This document shows positions 41,401 to 47,657 of a stretch of DNA of 64,000 nt, piece after piece. The stretch is taken from IMG/VR virus record IMGVR_UViG_3300037458_000449; one strand, given 5' to 3'. Below the pieces are notes generated by a model that was not told the origin of the DNA, did not search any database, and saw only the letters and a list, made by a program, of their open reading frames with translations. This stretch comes from an uncultured virus (IMG/VR IMGVR_UViG_3300037458_000449) (taxonomy: Duplodnaviria; Heunggongvirae; Uroviricota; Caudoviricetes). The position numbers were made by a program, and so were the translations under genes. Each line of letters starts with the position of its first letter. Position 1 is the stretch's first letter.

Positions 41401-44170
41401 CGACCCGGAGAATCTGGTTGAGGCCAGCGACGGATTCCTGACGCTCAAGACCTATCGGCCGGATCAGTATGTGAAGGTGCCGAAAAGCGGCATCCCGAAG
41501 ACGCCCGGCCTCAAGAAGTACGGCAAGCTCGCCGGCCAGGTAATCCCGGCCGTCATGTGGAACGACATCCGCAACACGATGGCGCTGCCCGAAAGCGACT
41601 TCGCGCGGTTCCACGACAGCGTGATGAGGGCCTGGAAGATCAGCAAGGCGCTGGCGCTCGACACACCGATCCCGACGCCGGCCGGCTGGACCACCATGGG
41701 CGACCTGAAGCCCGGCGACACCGTGTTCGATGAACGCGGCCAGCCAGCCGAGGTCTTGCAAGCGACCGAGACGCAGCACAACCATGAGTGCTACCGGGTG
41801 GAGTTTTCGGACGGCACCAGCATCGTCGCCGATCGCGGCCACCTGTGGATGACGCACTACCGAGGTGCACCCGGAATCCGTGAAACGCACGAAATTCTCG
41901 CGACCCTCAAGGAGCCGACGCGCGGCGACAACAACCATTCGATCCCGGTGGCGGGGGCGATGGTCCTTCCCGACGCCGACCTGCCGATTCACCCCTACGT
42001 CCTCGGCCTGTGGCTTGGTGACGGGCATTCGAGCGGCGCGCGGGTAACGACCGGCGCCGACGATGCCGACGAGGTCATGGGATACGTCAAGGAGGCCGGG
42101 TACGAGATTGGCGCCATTCGCCGCGATCCTCGTTCGGCCGCGATCGACTTCGGACTGCGTGCGCTGGGAGTCAACGGCAAACTGGATGGCAAACGTCGCC
42201 ACGAATCCGTCCAAGCGAAGCTGCGCGTCCTCGGCCTGATTAACAACAAGCGCATCCCGGCTGTTTACCTGCGCGCCTCTGAGGCGCAGCGCCGCGCGCT
42301 CCTGATGGGGCTCATGGATTCCGACGGGCACATCACCGACAAGGGAATCTGCGGGTTCTGCACCACCGACGACGCCATCAAGGACGGCATTCTCGAACTG
42401 CTGCGCTCGCTCGGCTACAAGCCGACGGTCACGCAACACGAAACACGATGCAATGGCAAGCCGGCTACCCCTGCCTGGAAGGTCCATTTCAAGGCATACG
42501 CCGACCGGCCGGTGTTCAAGCTGGCGCGCAAGGTTGCCCGCCTGCGTCTGCCGCCTGAGACGCGGCAGCGGTCGCAGACCCGGCAGATCGTTGCCGTCAC
42601 GCCCGTCCCGTCGGTGCCGGTGCGCTGCATTCTGGTGTCGTCGCCGTCGCACCTGTTCCTGGCCGGCGCTGGCATGGTGCCGACGCACAACACCGCGCTC
42701 TCGCCGACCGTTCACATGAACAACGTGATGTCGAACTTCGTGCTGGCGGACATCGCCGAGGTCCGCGCCCGCGACATCGCCCGCGCCCTTCGCACGATCG
42801 TCAACGCCAGGCAGGGCGACGAGGCCGCCAAGGATCTGATCGCGCGTTACGAGGACTCCGGCGCCGAGCAGGGCTCGTTTCATGCCATGGAGATCCAGCA
42901 GGACATCATCAAGCCGCTGCTCGCCGAGCTCGAGAACACCGAGGACGAGTCGCTGCTCGGCCAGCTGTCGGCGGTGCAGATCGTGTCCCTGCTCAAGGCG
43001 GGCGACATCAAGAACGCGGCGAAGGCGATCGCGCAGAAACCGGGCCTCAAGCAGACCTTGGGGGCCGGCAAGAAGATGATCGACCTGTACCGGAGCGAGG
43101 ATTCGGTGTTCCGCCTCGCGAAGTTCATGCGCGAGTCCGAGGCCGGGAAGTCCGACCGAGACGCCGGCAAGGCGGCCCGCGATGCCTTCCTCAACTACGA
43201 GATCAACGCCCCGGTGATCCAGACCTTGCGCCGGACAGCCCTGCCGTTCGTCGCGTTCAGCTACCGGGCGATCCCGCGGATGATCGAGACGGCGGCGCGC
43301 AAGCCGTGGAAGCTCGCCAAATACTTCACGGCAGGCGCGGCGCTCAACGCCATGGCCTACGCGATGATGGGCTTGGGCACCGACGACGAGGACCGCGAGC
43401 GCGCCCTGCTCCCCGAAGAACTGCAGGGCCGCGTGCTGGGCGTGTTCCCCCGCCTGGTTCGGCTGCCGTGGCACGACAGCAATGGCGCCCCGACGTTCCT
43501 CGACGTGCGCCGATGGGTGCCGGCCGGCGACATGATGGACACCATGGGCTCCCATTCGGTGCTGCCGCTGCCGAACTGGCTCAGCCTGGGCGGCCCGCTG
43601 GCGTTCGCGCTCGAGGCGTACACCAACAAGAGCATGTTTACGGGCGAGCCCATATTTAAGGAGAGCGATACCCCCGGCCAGCGGGCGGCGAAGTTCGCCG
43701 ACTACGCTTTCAAGTGGGCCTCGCCCAACCTGCCGCTGCCGAATCCGGCGAATTTCGTCCTGCCGGCGGGCCGCGACGGCGACGAGCCGCGCGTGATCGA
43801 CCTCGGCCTGATCCCCGGCATCGACCTCGACCAGCTGCAGACCTACGCATGGACGGGCGTGATGCGCGCCGGCACGGGCCGCGAAGATGCTTTCGGCCGC
43901 GAATCCGGGTCGGTGGCGCAGGCCCTCGCGTCGAGCGTCGGTATCAAGGTGCGGAGCTACCCGATCGACGTCGCGAAGAAGCGCGTCATTGGCGAGCTCA
44001 ACTTCATGAACACCGAGATCGACCGCAACATCCGCCAGCTGTCGCGCGAGCGGGCCCGCGGCGGCCTGACCGAGGCCGAGTACCGGCGGCGGCTCGAGGT
44101 CGAGGTTGGGAAGAAGCAGGATCTCTACCGGAAGGCAGCCGAGCGCCTGGGCGCCGGGGCGCAGCCGTAG
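29444..44170 (+). CDS. Giant DarB-like polyvalent virion protein (4908 aa): lytic transglycosylase, inorganic-pyrophosphatase-like, N6-adenine MTase, SNF2-like helicase, putative metallopeptidase, intein-containing C-terminus
   Basis: QESS..GPMQV..YYGGPG; GNYKVG..ISIENPKGS..HYGY..DKDHIDV..FDEHK; VLEPSVGVGNF and GNPPFG; VGAGKT, DEMH, TATGTP, QREGRIVRRGN; HEVEGH. Confidence 0.9.
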   Translation: MAQTVAEYLRSRGINNDQGGEGPTTGDTLDRILQRRGSTRLAGVARSIYGQESSYGAADTSQPNSSDVRGPMQVKDTTFAQMQREGRIPANYRWDNPEHNTEAGVAYIEMLAEKTGGDPRKIAQGYYGGPGAIGKESRRDPRNPSAPTVGQYGDEVVSRMGVTGPARATAPSGAMSPWQYLEQQRNASRAAPSVDLEKAVVEERAQQTAEPGGPAMTWDQVVQHEAWLKADSDTREQIRERYWQDEVAPRIPADQQAAARKLFDQDTNPSLARRIGDAGRAIAGGAIQGVGMTVRGAGEMMREGAQPIAAGIAALGGPEITPINPLDGAANAIEGYSQGVLDSRSLASQMAQQQSTPEGDVSDPATWSMGQDPSLGGYIQHGAVILGQFAPIIASVALTKNLPVAGQVAVAGGLGGAQGGGAAAQQARETIEGMDEAELAKESSYYRQLRERLGHEQAKAMTAAEAAKWAFRITLPVSAAGGAATGAILSPAVRLGAGLVGGSYVGNMALRGTASAIEEGLQETGEGIATEQGINVGAGTERDVMAGSFPNAVLGAIGGATPGAGSGALAAHAERARQAAANLRGQPTVSPAPTNPQTGPATPPPAGGPTPPPAGGGPRPAGPTSPEGPIPAEEVLGPVLDGGPAAPEPAPATAPPLAPSPVAATNGPAQEAAPLLEDAEQGGSRYNKGHEQANRPNAEVPGRVPNVSVDDPSVPGSKSADIRGVRGQRDQGLPAVDGELRPLPDRYGTASGAADVAGQNRPERPLRAGELPVGDRAAASGEPEVLPDRGVSWSADDRTGGGETGGSAADDIPTTGVTAGTRPGASGDAGPTPLSSGLEIPDAQRGNDGRAGVGSPPGNQSADASGADSQGGAPRASITTGIDAAAHEAATSPLNDRPEPTQAQKEAGNYKVGRVRVQGLDISIENPKGSERKGVSKDGKPWSTVMPGHYGYIKGTVGKDKDHIDVTLGDAPDDTSRPIFVFNQADAGSGKFDEHKTFMGYADIDAARKAYRESFSGKLGRKMENNLLGIAKFTPEQFKEWLASGDHKKPAQTPTTAKPTQAIAETETANAAEEVTPPARSLYVEWNGRRHAVASVEDAQAKWAEFRDRSAAGASEIGSNLEVKDSTGAIVAHITYNGRAWTPEEWAARNKPKDEAPKAKDPLGATGPEAAGWSAFQEGKPRVPPDWTKGPAAKKWLQGWDRANIAAPVPDETSAEAPTPSPNTIFTEDAAEKARAILRAKLGQANAGLDPELVQAGITLAGYHVEKGARTFAAYAKAMVGDLGDIVKPYLKSWYAALAFDPRAEAFASEMTPVGELAALNVDALLSEAPAVDAEPSPAQNGDADANATETEQLPAGDPRATPVDDAARDGDREQVDAGLAEVGRVPDRGRGVPGDTAGAGEAGTGRVQPAGERSPRAPRDSGTVRPESGPTDAGLTDHSLADTDLGKGSLTQKYRDNIAAIRILRAMEAEQRIATPEERAAIAKYVGWGALKGVFDPNNKTWAKQHAELKGLLTEAEWKAARASILNAHYTSKTVVEAMFSALDALGFKRGRVLEPSVGVGNFFGLMPPSMRTNSQLHGVELDSLTAKIAAALYPSAKVKQSGFEAFDIPSGYFDLAIGNPPFGSEAIVDDARSPYSGFSIHNYFFAKSIDKLRPGGLLTMVVSHSFMDAKNETARQWIADRADLVSAVRLPNTAFKENAGTEVVTDILVFQRRDGAAPRKPSWVTPVEQSVTDPKTGETAKAWVNPYFVENPTNVLGTPSAGGTMYRAGEYTVEPVEGWQGKLKEWAKALPAVYTPINRTEEMSAANYEVPDGLKVGSFFVDGQGNVRQRGTGHLGERTAEVWNPPNARAAERMKGMIELRDLLRSQIRLERSADATETQIEENRKRLNGRYDAFLKKNGHLNSPTNRRVFIHDTEAPLLLALEFDFDRGISKAIAERDGIDARDPSAKKADILQRRVLFPPSDNIKVASAQDALLASLNYKGAVDLEYMARVFPEKSAEEIEAELGDTIFRDPQAGLVTADEYLSGDVKTKLTEAEAAAKGDPAYQRNAEALTKVIPRDKGPSEISVQLGANFLPPAIYEAFGKHVSGRDFTIRYGAGQWFIDQTGYADPSLNEGKYGIREMTAVEIFDHSMSGRGVVVKETVRHSDGSTTTFVKERETELAREKQSAMKAEWKAWLWGDPERAAEVARLYNEKLNRIVPRKFDGSHMTFPGMSPAVTLLAHQKNGVWRGLQARQVLYDHVVGAGKTFQMATLAMEARRLGIARKPLFVVPNHLTLQWRQEFYKLYPSAYILVAEPDDFSKGNRERFFSKIATGDWDAVVVGHSSLKKIPLPDATEQAIFEEQIEEISNAIEQLKTERGDRHILRDMERIKKNLQAKMQERANARGTRDNVLSFDELGIDGVFIDEMHEFKNLFYNSRMDRTAGMGNPAGSAKAFDLFVKLRWLTDTLGPKALLVTATGTPVSNSLVEMYTMQRYMQYQTLKGLDLHVFDAWAAQFGEVEHVYEVKPSGVGYRQSNRFSKFANLPALMALYNSFADTITLEDLKGQEEAQGRRFPVPKIATGRPVNVVAQRSPRVADFMGVPQVQRNENGDLAFKWQPGEWDITKDEATGKFKAKIRDEGAQHWYEAGTYETEADAKAALVARALAPVITVRPESILGQFENLKQLTAQTKGRINALSLTGLANKAGLDYRLIDPSAPDFAGSKINLAVERIVAAHKKWRADKGAQLVFCDLSVPLSARTALAAKEKFAYVRGSDGTIERVRATLHTVEGVEQLPYFMVARGKGSDRTVAVYDADTGLRVQDGFRDRGAARTFVEDMLGDAEKRQRWLDARMGRPELTQDEIDEFNDANDIDTEEVPYITLEDIAGTAGASAFSVYDDIKAKLVAAGIPEREVAFIHDYDTPAAKAKLFAAVNAGRVRALLGSTPKMGAGTNVQKRLVALHHIDAPWRPSDLEQREGRIVRRGNDLYERDPDGFEVEIYRYATDQTYDTRRWQILEHKARGIEQLRKYDGTTNEIDDIEGEAANAADMKAAASGDPMILEETRLKTEIKRLENVQAAHADTQMSLVRKAASMENEATGWLPKVINGLEQLVAKTEPKPEKGFAGMTVEGTKYAAKDDAGKALGERVATAVASIDPAAPRKAIRVSLKYRGHSFSVDVFKPAFEGGQPSIELNGPDGPVSLYSWSDVFSATGAIQRLDNYLDRLPSEIDYNREKIKKNLADAVKLREEAKTPFGQADALAEVRSQYRRVQQALMAKGPSVPAEQIASLKAATEAQKKAIRKAGLGKTLAEIMPGEPDEGAASEAPKPRRRLDQRALREGREQPEMPTLSVRGDSVFSRRAAPAEQTGASVAQVYRWLKQQPLFDRVHVVKDVAGLRRVVGDPNIFPDTEGYYRLGDDKVYLVASMIPDLATAETLYRHEVEGHLAVELYGDIQAAVGDVLAAKNSAAIAPLWAEVAKTQPNLPPKMHAREVIALVAERGTKFPAVDRLVGRVRALLRKLGITLKFSEADIRGIVANAARAAAKGGPRGPRGGQQAVASRMGANLYYGEAANSAWDGLGYFLSEALSRMSGTRKPPTWADWQRTVREALRDAPAGSAEHAALSKLLESLSDEVVLRNLRNYHRAWNRESVGGVDSAGKAIAKAIGARWEALADGNEDYDPPVVFRRGGQRAPASLDHTGLIDAAFKHLGGKQFGRLITSPLYDRLIRAGSAVIPEKVKQGLVADYGLPEPYLDAKIDKQAAVNRVLRKTKNLVEMLAGLDREQSRVAYLWMNEKPDTDLEAHLLSQLPADSREVMQRMKEMVDELGRQAVEVGLLTQDSYDRNAMAYLHRSYKVHMTTKGESVKARHKKNASIRADNYKGRGIRDNVDPASLGEFQLGDKRLRIELRGPRGGLREVRYIELDAPVPDGWTADGEWEVRWQDQRPGQGEVVGMWRDLTPDERQRLGEVEEVRYAFAKTMLNAIHDIENQKFLAWVGDEYGVDPAGIDPENLVEASDGFLTLKTYRPDQYVKVPKSGIPKTPGLKKYGKLAGQVIPAVMWNDIRNTMALPESDFARFHDSVMRAWKISKALALDTPIPTPAGWTTMGDLKPGDTVFDERGQPAEVLQATETQHNHECYRVEFSDGTSIVADRGHLWMTHYRGAPGIRETHEILATLKEPTRGDNNHSIPVAGAMVLPDADLPIHPYVLGLWLGDGHSSGARVTTGADDADEVMGYVKEAGYEIGAIRRDPRSAAIDFGLRALGVNGKLDGKRRHESVQAKLRVLGLINNKRIPAVYLRASEAQRRALLMGLMDSDGHITDKGICGFCTTDDAIKDGILELLRSLGYKPTVTQHETRCNGKPATPAWKVHFKAYADRPVFKLARKVARLRLPPETRQRSQTRQIVAVTPVPSVPVRCILVSSPSHLFLAGAGMVPTHNTALSPTVHMNNVMSNFVLADIAEVRARDIARALRTIVNARQGDEAAKDLIARYEDSGAEQGSFHAMEIQQDIIKPLLAELENTEDESLLGQLSAVQIVSLLKAGDIKNAAKAIAQKPGLKQTLGAGKKMIDLYRSEDSVFRLAKFMRESEAGKSDRDAGKAARDAFLNYEINAPVIQTLRRTALPFVAFSYRAIPRMIETAARKPWKLAKYFTAGAALNAMAYAMMGLGTDDEDRERALLPEELQGRVLGVFPRLVRLPWHDSNGAPTFLDVRRWVPAGDMMDTMGSHSVLPLPNWLSLGGPLAFALEAYTNKSMFTGEPIFKESDTPGQRAAKFADYAFKWASPNLPLPNPANFVLPAGRDGDEPRVIDLGLIPGIDLDQLQTYAWTGVMRAGTGREDAFGRESGSVAQALASSVGIKVRSYPIDVAKKRVIGELNFMNTEIDRNIRQLSRERARGGLTEAEYRRRLEVEVGKKQDLYRKAAERLGAGAQP
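31512..32126 (+). CDS. Nested HNH-type homing endonuclease (204 aa) in +1 frame inside the giant ORF
   Basis: AAGGGA RBS then ATG; [64 protein letters not shown]; two C-terminal HTH-like repeats. Confidence 0.88.
   Translation: [204 protein letters not shown]
33477..33752 (+). CDS. Nested small protein (91 aa) in +1 frame inside the giant ORF
   Basis: GGAG RBS 6 nt before ATG; globular sequence MQTLLKPNSYPPEIRE..EIANRWMLGWP..HLARHEIAELYG while the host frame reads as low-complexity linker. Confidence 0.75.
   Translation: MQTLLKPNSYPPEIREQLRLMTPLATEIANRWMLGWPKSVASLIEDGAYLETLREQEKQELDVYSQPGNDHLARHEIAELYGLSPAPPTLG
41648..42691 (+). mobile_element. Class-3-type intein with LAGLIDADG endonuclease (348 aa)
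   Basis: Starts ALALDTPIPTPAGWTTMGDL; GHLW, VRCI, PTHN|T (W-C-T triad); PYVLGLWLGDG and LLMGLMDSDG. Confidence 0.92.
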
Positions 44171-44178
44171 AATATTCA

Positions 44179-44223
44179 CTACGGCCGAGAATATTTACTA
44201 TCGCGCGTGCGCCTGCGGCCCAT
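44179..44223 (-). pseudogene. Probable integrase 5' remnant (MGRRRTRDSKYSRP*)
   Basis: Overlaps the end of the DUF4224-like gene where integrases with a basic MGR(R/K)R start normally begin; no integrase ORF elsewhere. Confidence 0.45.
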
Positions 44224-44419
44224 CCAATGCCCCCCAGTTCGGTTCCTGCGTCGCCGCTCGGCCGCCCACCATCCGCTTATTGAACTCGGCCACGGCGACT
44301 TTCGGCTGGCCGAGGGCGTTGACGCTAAACCGCCAGCCATGACGTTGCAACCATCGCACCTGTGCGGACGACCGAGCGTAGCCGGTCAAGGCTTCGATTT
44401 CCGACTGAGGCATCAGCAT
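44198..44419 (-). CDS. DUF4224-like putative excisionase
   Basis: EIEALTGY.RSSAQVRWLQRHGWRF.VNALGQPKV...EPNWGAL. Confidence 0.8.
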   Translation of the reverse strand: MLMPQSEIEALTGYARSSAQVRWLQRHGWRFSVNALGQPKVAVAEFNKRMVGGRAATQEPNWGALDGPQAHAR

Positions 44420-44808
44420 GGGATCAGCGTGTTGAACGGCGGCCGGTAGTGTCGAATGTAGGCACGCTCAGCGGCAGTTACCGCTGCCCGAAGGCTGTCG
44501 GTGACGATCCGCGACTGAGCTTGCGGCGGCCATACCAGCACGGTTGCGCGATTGAAGGGTATCGGCTTTCCCGATCGCCGCCCGTCCCTGGCTAACTGAT
44601 GAGAGACGAGCCGCGCCTGAACGCTGTGCGAGTGACCGACATATAGCAGTCGCGGTCCTTGCCAGAGAAAATAGATCGCCGAGACGTACTCATCGAAAGA
44701 GTCGGCGTTCTCCGGCAGCCCGCGAAGCTGATCGAGCGGGAGCGCGACGACGGCCGCCGGCTGTTCCAGCCCGCTCATGCGCTGCAGCTTGGCGAACGTC
44801 ACAATCAC
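44413..44808 (-). CDS. GIY-YIG-like nuclease with DUF4224-like first 20 residues
   Basis: AIYFL...LYVGHS..V..RL..H...ERAYIRHYRPPFN; GTGA overlap start. Confidence 0.6.
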   Translation of the reverse strand: MIVTFAKLQRMSGLEQPAAVVALPLDQLRGLPENADSFDEYVSAIYFLWQGPRLLYVGHSHSVQARLVSHQLARDGRRSGKPIPFNRATVLVWPPQAQSRIVTDSLRAAVTAAERAYIRHYRPPFNTLIPC

Positions 44809-45020
44809 GGACCTGGCCGCTCCCGCGCAAGGAAGGCGTCGATGTCTCGCTGGCATCCCTTTCCTTGAATCGTTAAGGTGTCGATCTTGCCACGCGCACT
44901 AGCGAGCAATTCGACGGCCTCGGCCAGCCGCGCCGCGAGGGCGTCTACAGCCTCCGCACATTCGCGTGAGCCGTTCTGTCGAAGAATACTGACTGCTTCC
45001 TTGACCCAGAAATTATTCAT
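44805..45020 (-). CDS. Hypothetical protein (RLAEA module)
   Basis: Overlap-coupled small ORF MNNFWVKEAV... Confidence 0.55.
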   Translation of the reverse strand: MNNFWVKEAVSILRQNGSRECAEAVDALAARLAEAVELLASARGKIDTLTIQGKGCQRDIDAFLARERPGP

Positions 45021-45348
45021 GCTCGCACCCGCACGGCTCGTCTGAGATCCCAGCAACCGGGTCGCCCTGAATCCATCCCGTGTCGCCGCAGCGTTCGCAC
45101 TTAGGCCCGGATGCGCTGTCCGGTGCGAGGAAGGCGTCGATGGCGGCGTCAAGCCGAAGGCTGTCGTACTCGTACCAAGTCTCGGGATCGTCATTGTCTG
45201 CGATAGTCACAGAGACTCCGTTCTCTGCTATGCGCAGCCACCGATACCGCTCCGCGTCCTTGCGCAGCGCCTCTAGATCACACATGGCGCAGCCCTGATA
45301 GGCGTCCTCGCCGTGCTTATCGCAGCCGTAACTTTCGGTGGTGATCAT
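45013..45348 (-). CDS. Hypothetical Cys-rich protein (LRKDAERYRWLR module)
   Basis: Coupled ORF; shares DNA modules with neighbours. Confidence 0.65.
   Translation of the reverse strand: MITTESYGCDKHGEDAYQGCAMCDLEALRKDAERYRWLRIAENGVSVTIADNDDPETWYEYDSLRLDAAIDAFLAPDSASGPKCERCGDTGWIQGDPVAGISDEPCGCEHE
45024..45118. repeat. ~95-bp imperfect repeat, second copy 46229..46323
   Basis: Both encode GPKCERC.DTGWIQGDPV.GISDEPCGC. Confidence 0.9.
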
Positions 45349-45683
45349 GGCTGCCTCGCAAGGTGGGCGTCGATGCGGGACTCTAGGGCGAGGTCTTTAT
45401 TCATCTGTTCGCAATGCTTCCGCGTATGGAACTCGTCGCCGCGCTTCATTGCGGCTTCCCATGATCGCCGGTGCTTGCGGATGTGCGACTGTACGGACGG
45501 CAGGGCCTCCCGCAGCAGCGCCTCGGCCTCGGCCAGCCGCGAGCGCAGGGATTCGATCTCGTCGGCCAGCGGCGTGATAAGCCCGAAACGCTCTTCTGTG
45601 CATTCCTCGCACTCACAAATCGAATCCGACCAGTGTGCGTTGACACGCTGGACTAATCGCGCACGTTCCACGATGTCACTCAT
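45345..45683 (-). CDS. Hypothetical protein (RLAEAEALLRE module)
   Basis: GGAGG RBS; coupled. Confidence 0.65.
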   Translation of the reverse strand: MSDIVERARLVQRVNAHWSDSICECEECTEERFGLITPLADEIESLRSRLAEAEALLREALPSVQSHIRKHRRSWEAAMKRGDEFHTRKHCEQMNKDLALESRIDAHLARQP

Positions 45684-45939
45684 GTCCCACCTCCAAGAGC
45701 TTGCGTAGGTCGGTGCAGTCGGGGCAGGGATCGGCGTCGTCCATCCCGGCCCCTTCCTCGTATGGTGATTTCAACTCACCGAAGCCCTCGCACCGCCAGC
45801 ACGTCACCTTCCCCGCCGCCTCGCGCAGGGCGTCGTAGTCCTCACTGCGCACATAGTCGCCGTCTGGCTCGGGGCGCATTTCATATCTGTCATCGTCGCT
45901 GTATGGCGCAAGAGCCAGACCGAATCGCCTGACGCTCAT
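45676..45939 (-). CDS. Hypothetical protein with CxxC motifs
   Basis: GDYVRSEDYDAL, CWRC, CPDC. Confidence 0.65.
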   Translation of the reverse strand: MSVRRFGLALAPYSDDDRYEMRPEPDGDYVRSEDYDALREAAGKVTCWRCEGFGELKSPYEEGAGMDDADPCPDCTDLRKLLEVGHE

Positions 45940-46478
45940 GGTTTTCCCTCCCGCGTAAGGTGGGCGGCGATGCGGTCAGGATGCGGTCCCCAATAATGGT
46001 GAGCCGTCGTTTCAAAGATAACGCTGCCTCTGTATTGAAGTTCTCGCAGCAGCGCCTCGGCCTCGGCTAGCCGCGCTTGTATATCGACTTCGCACTGCTC
46101 CGCGTCACGCCTACCGCTCTTGTCGTCGCAAAGCTCGCAGTACAAGGGTTCGCCTGTTTCGGCGGAACGCAGAAGCAGCGAGGCCGGGTGCTCACAAGTG
46201 AGTGCTGGCGGCGTGTCACGCGCCTCCGCGCACCCGCACGGCTCGTCTGAGATTCCAAAAACCGGGTCGCCCTGAATCCAGCCCGTGTCGCTACACCTTT
46301 CGCACTTAGGCCCGGATGTGCTGACAGCGGCTCGCACTATCGCGTCCAGTTCGTTGAACTGATCTTCGTCCAGCAAGTCTGCACAGCGTGCCATGATCTT
46401 TTGCAGTCTCGCCTCTGCTTTCATGGCGCGTTCGTGCCAGTGCGCCGCGTTGCTTGTTCCTTCGTCCTTGATTTTCAT
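45936..46478 (-). CDS. Chimeric hypothetical protein built from repeated modules
   Basis: N-terminus duplicates 47478..47657; middle duplicates the end of 45013..45348. Confidence 0.65.
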   Translation of the reverse strand: MKIKDEGTSNAAHWHERAMKAEARLQKIMARCADLLDEDQFNELDAIVRAAVSTSGPKCERCSDTGWIQGDPVFGISDEPCGCAEARDTPPALTCEHPASLLLRSAETGEPLYCELCDDKSGRRDAEQCEVDIQARLAEAEALLRELQYRGSVIFETTAHHYWGPHPDRIAAHLTREGKP

Positions 46479-46480
46479 GG
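46320..46480. repeat. 161-bp direct repeat, second copy 47499..47659
   Basis: Three mismatches counted by eye. Confidence 0.93.
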
Positions 46481-46482
46481 AG

Positions 46483-47481
46483 TCACCTTCGGCTGCACGT
46501 AGCAACGTGGATAATTGGCCCGTCGCTGGTCATGGCCTGACCGCGACATTCGGCGCAAAACCAATGCGGCACCGTGGGGGATTCGGACAATGAGATTCCG
46601 GCTTGTTCGTAGCACCATTGCTGGCAGGATGAGCCGGGGTAATCGTCGCCCACGGATTTGAGTGCTGCGCGCAGCCGCTCAATCTCGTCGGCGGCTGCAT
46701 ACCCTGCGTCCTCCAAAAGATCGCCGGCGGCACCTCCACGCAATGCTGCGATTAAGTCTTTTCCTGTCAGTTTTTCATATTTGATACCGCTCATCGCGCA
46801 CCTCTCTGAGTCGTTGAAGCCGGGCATGTCCACCCGCTTTTTGTTGTAATAGCCGAGCGCGTCGGCTATACCCTCTTCGAAGTAGTCCAACGGCTGTATA
46901 GGTCCGCCGTATACGGTGGCGCAGTCGTCTAGCAGGCTGTCGATAGCCTTGCTATGCGCGTCGCGTCCCCAGCATCGAATGCACTTCCCGTCCCGGTAGG
47001 TGCAGCCATGCGTAGCACAGGTAACATCCGGGGCGCTGTCCGCCGCCGCAAGCGTATCTCGGCCAATTGTCATCAACTCAGCGGCACGCTTCTCGGCTTC
47101 CTCTCGCGTCGGCCACTCAGGAACCTCACCGATTGGTTTCCCGCCAAGTATCGAAGCCGCCGTCTGACGCGCCACCTCGTTCATGAGCCTGTTCTTGTCG
47201 TCGGCAATCAGTTGCAGGCCAGAGCGAAGCCGCTCGATTTCCATCTGTTGATCCACAAGCCATCGCGCAGGAGAGCAAGCTGGGCAATCCTCGGCGTGCC
47301 CGTGGCTGTCACAGTCACACTCGTTGGTGGACTCGTTCACCGCCGCTTTGAGTAGCACGGCTGCCGCTAATGGCTTGGCGTAACTCGCCGCTTCTTCTGC
47401 GATCAACTCCTTGACGCGCCGTTCAATGCTCTGTCGGCGGTCATCGGGGAGTCCATCTAGTACGTCGTTCAGCGTTTTCAT
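46483..47481 (-). CDS. Hypothetical multi-module protein (possibly fused small genes)
   Basis: 332-aa ORF, lower GC, two EIERLR modules. Confidence 0.55.
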   Translation of the reverse strand: MKTLNDVLDGLPDDRRQSIERRVKELIAEEAASYAKPLAAAVLLKAAVNESTNECDCDSHGHAEDCPACSPARWLVDQQMEIERLRSGLQLIADDKNRLMNEVARQTAASILGGKPIGEVPEWPTREEAEKRAAELMTIGRDTLAAADSAPDVTCATHGCTYRDGKCIRCWGRDAHSKAIDSLLDDCATVYGGPIQPLDYFEEGIADALGYYNKKRVDMPGFNDSERCAMSGIKYEKLTGKDLIAALRGGAAGDLLEDAGYAAADEIERLRAALKSVGDDYPGSSCQQWCYEQAGISLSESPTVPHWFCAECRGQAMTSDGPIIHVATCSRR

Positions 47482-47657
47482 TTCTGCACCTCGTCTGCGC
47501 TGACAGTGGCTCGCACTATCGCGTCCAGTTCGTTGAACTGATCCTCGTCCAGCAAGTCTGCACAGCGTGCCATGATCTTTTGCAGTCTCGCCTCTGCTTT
47601 CATGGCGCGTTCGTGCCAGTGCGCCGCGTTGCTTGTTCCTTCGTCGTTGATTTTCAT
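47478..47657 (-). CDS. Hypothetical protein
   Basis: MKINDEGTSNAAHWHERAMKAE...; duplicated module. Confidence 0.6.
   Translation of the reverse strand: MKINDEGTSNAAHWHERAMKAEARLQKIMARCADLLDEDQFNELDAIVRATVSADEVQK

Noticed and set aside
29354..44179. Long minus-strand ORFs (721, 672, 1206, 1414 aa), and similar ones opposite portal, capsid and tail genes
   Set aside because: Antisense shadows expected from high GC3 codon bias; no recognisable motifs.
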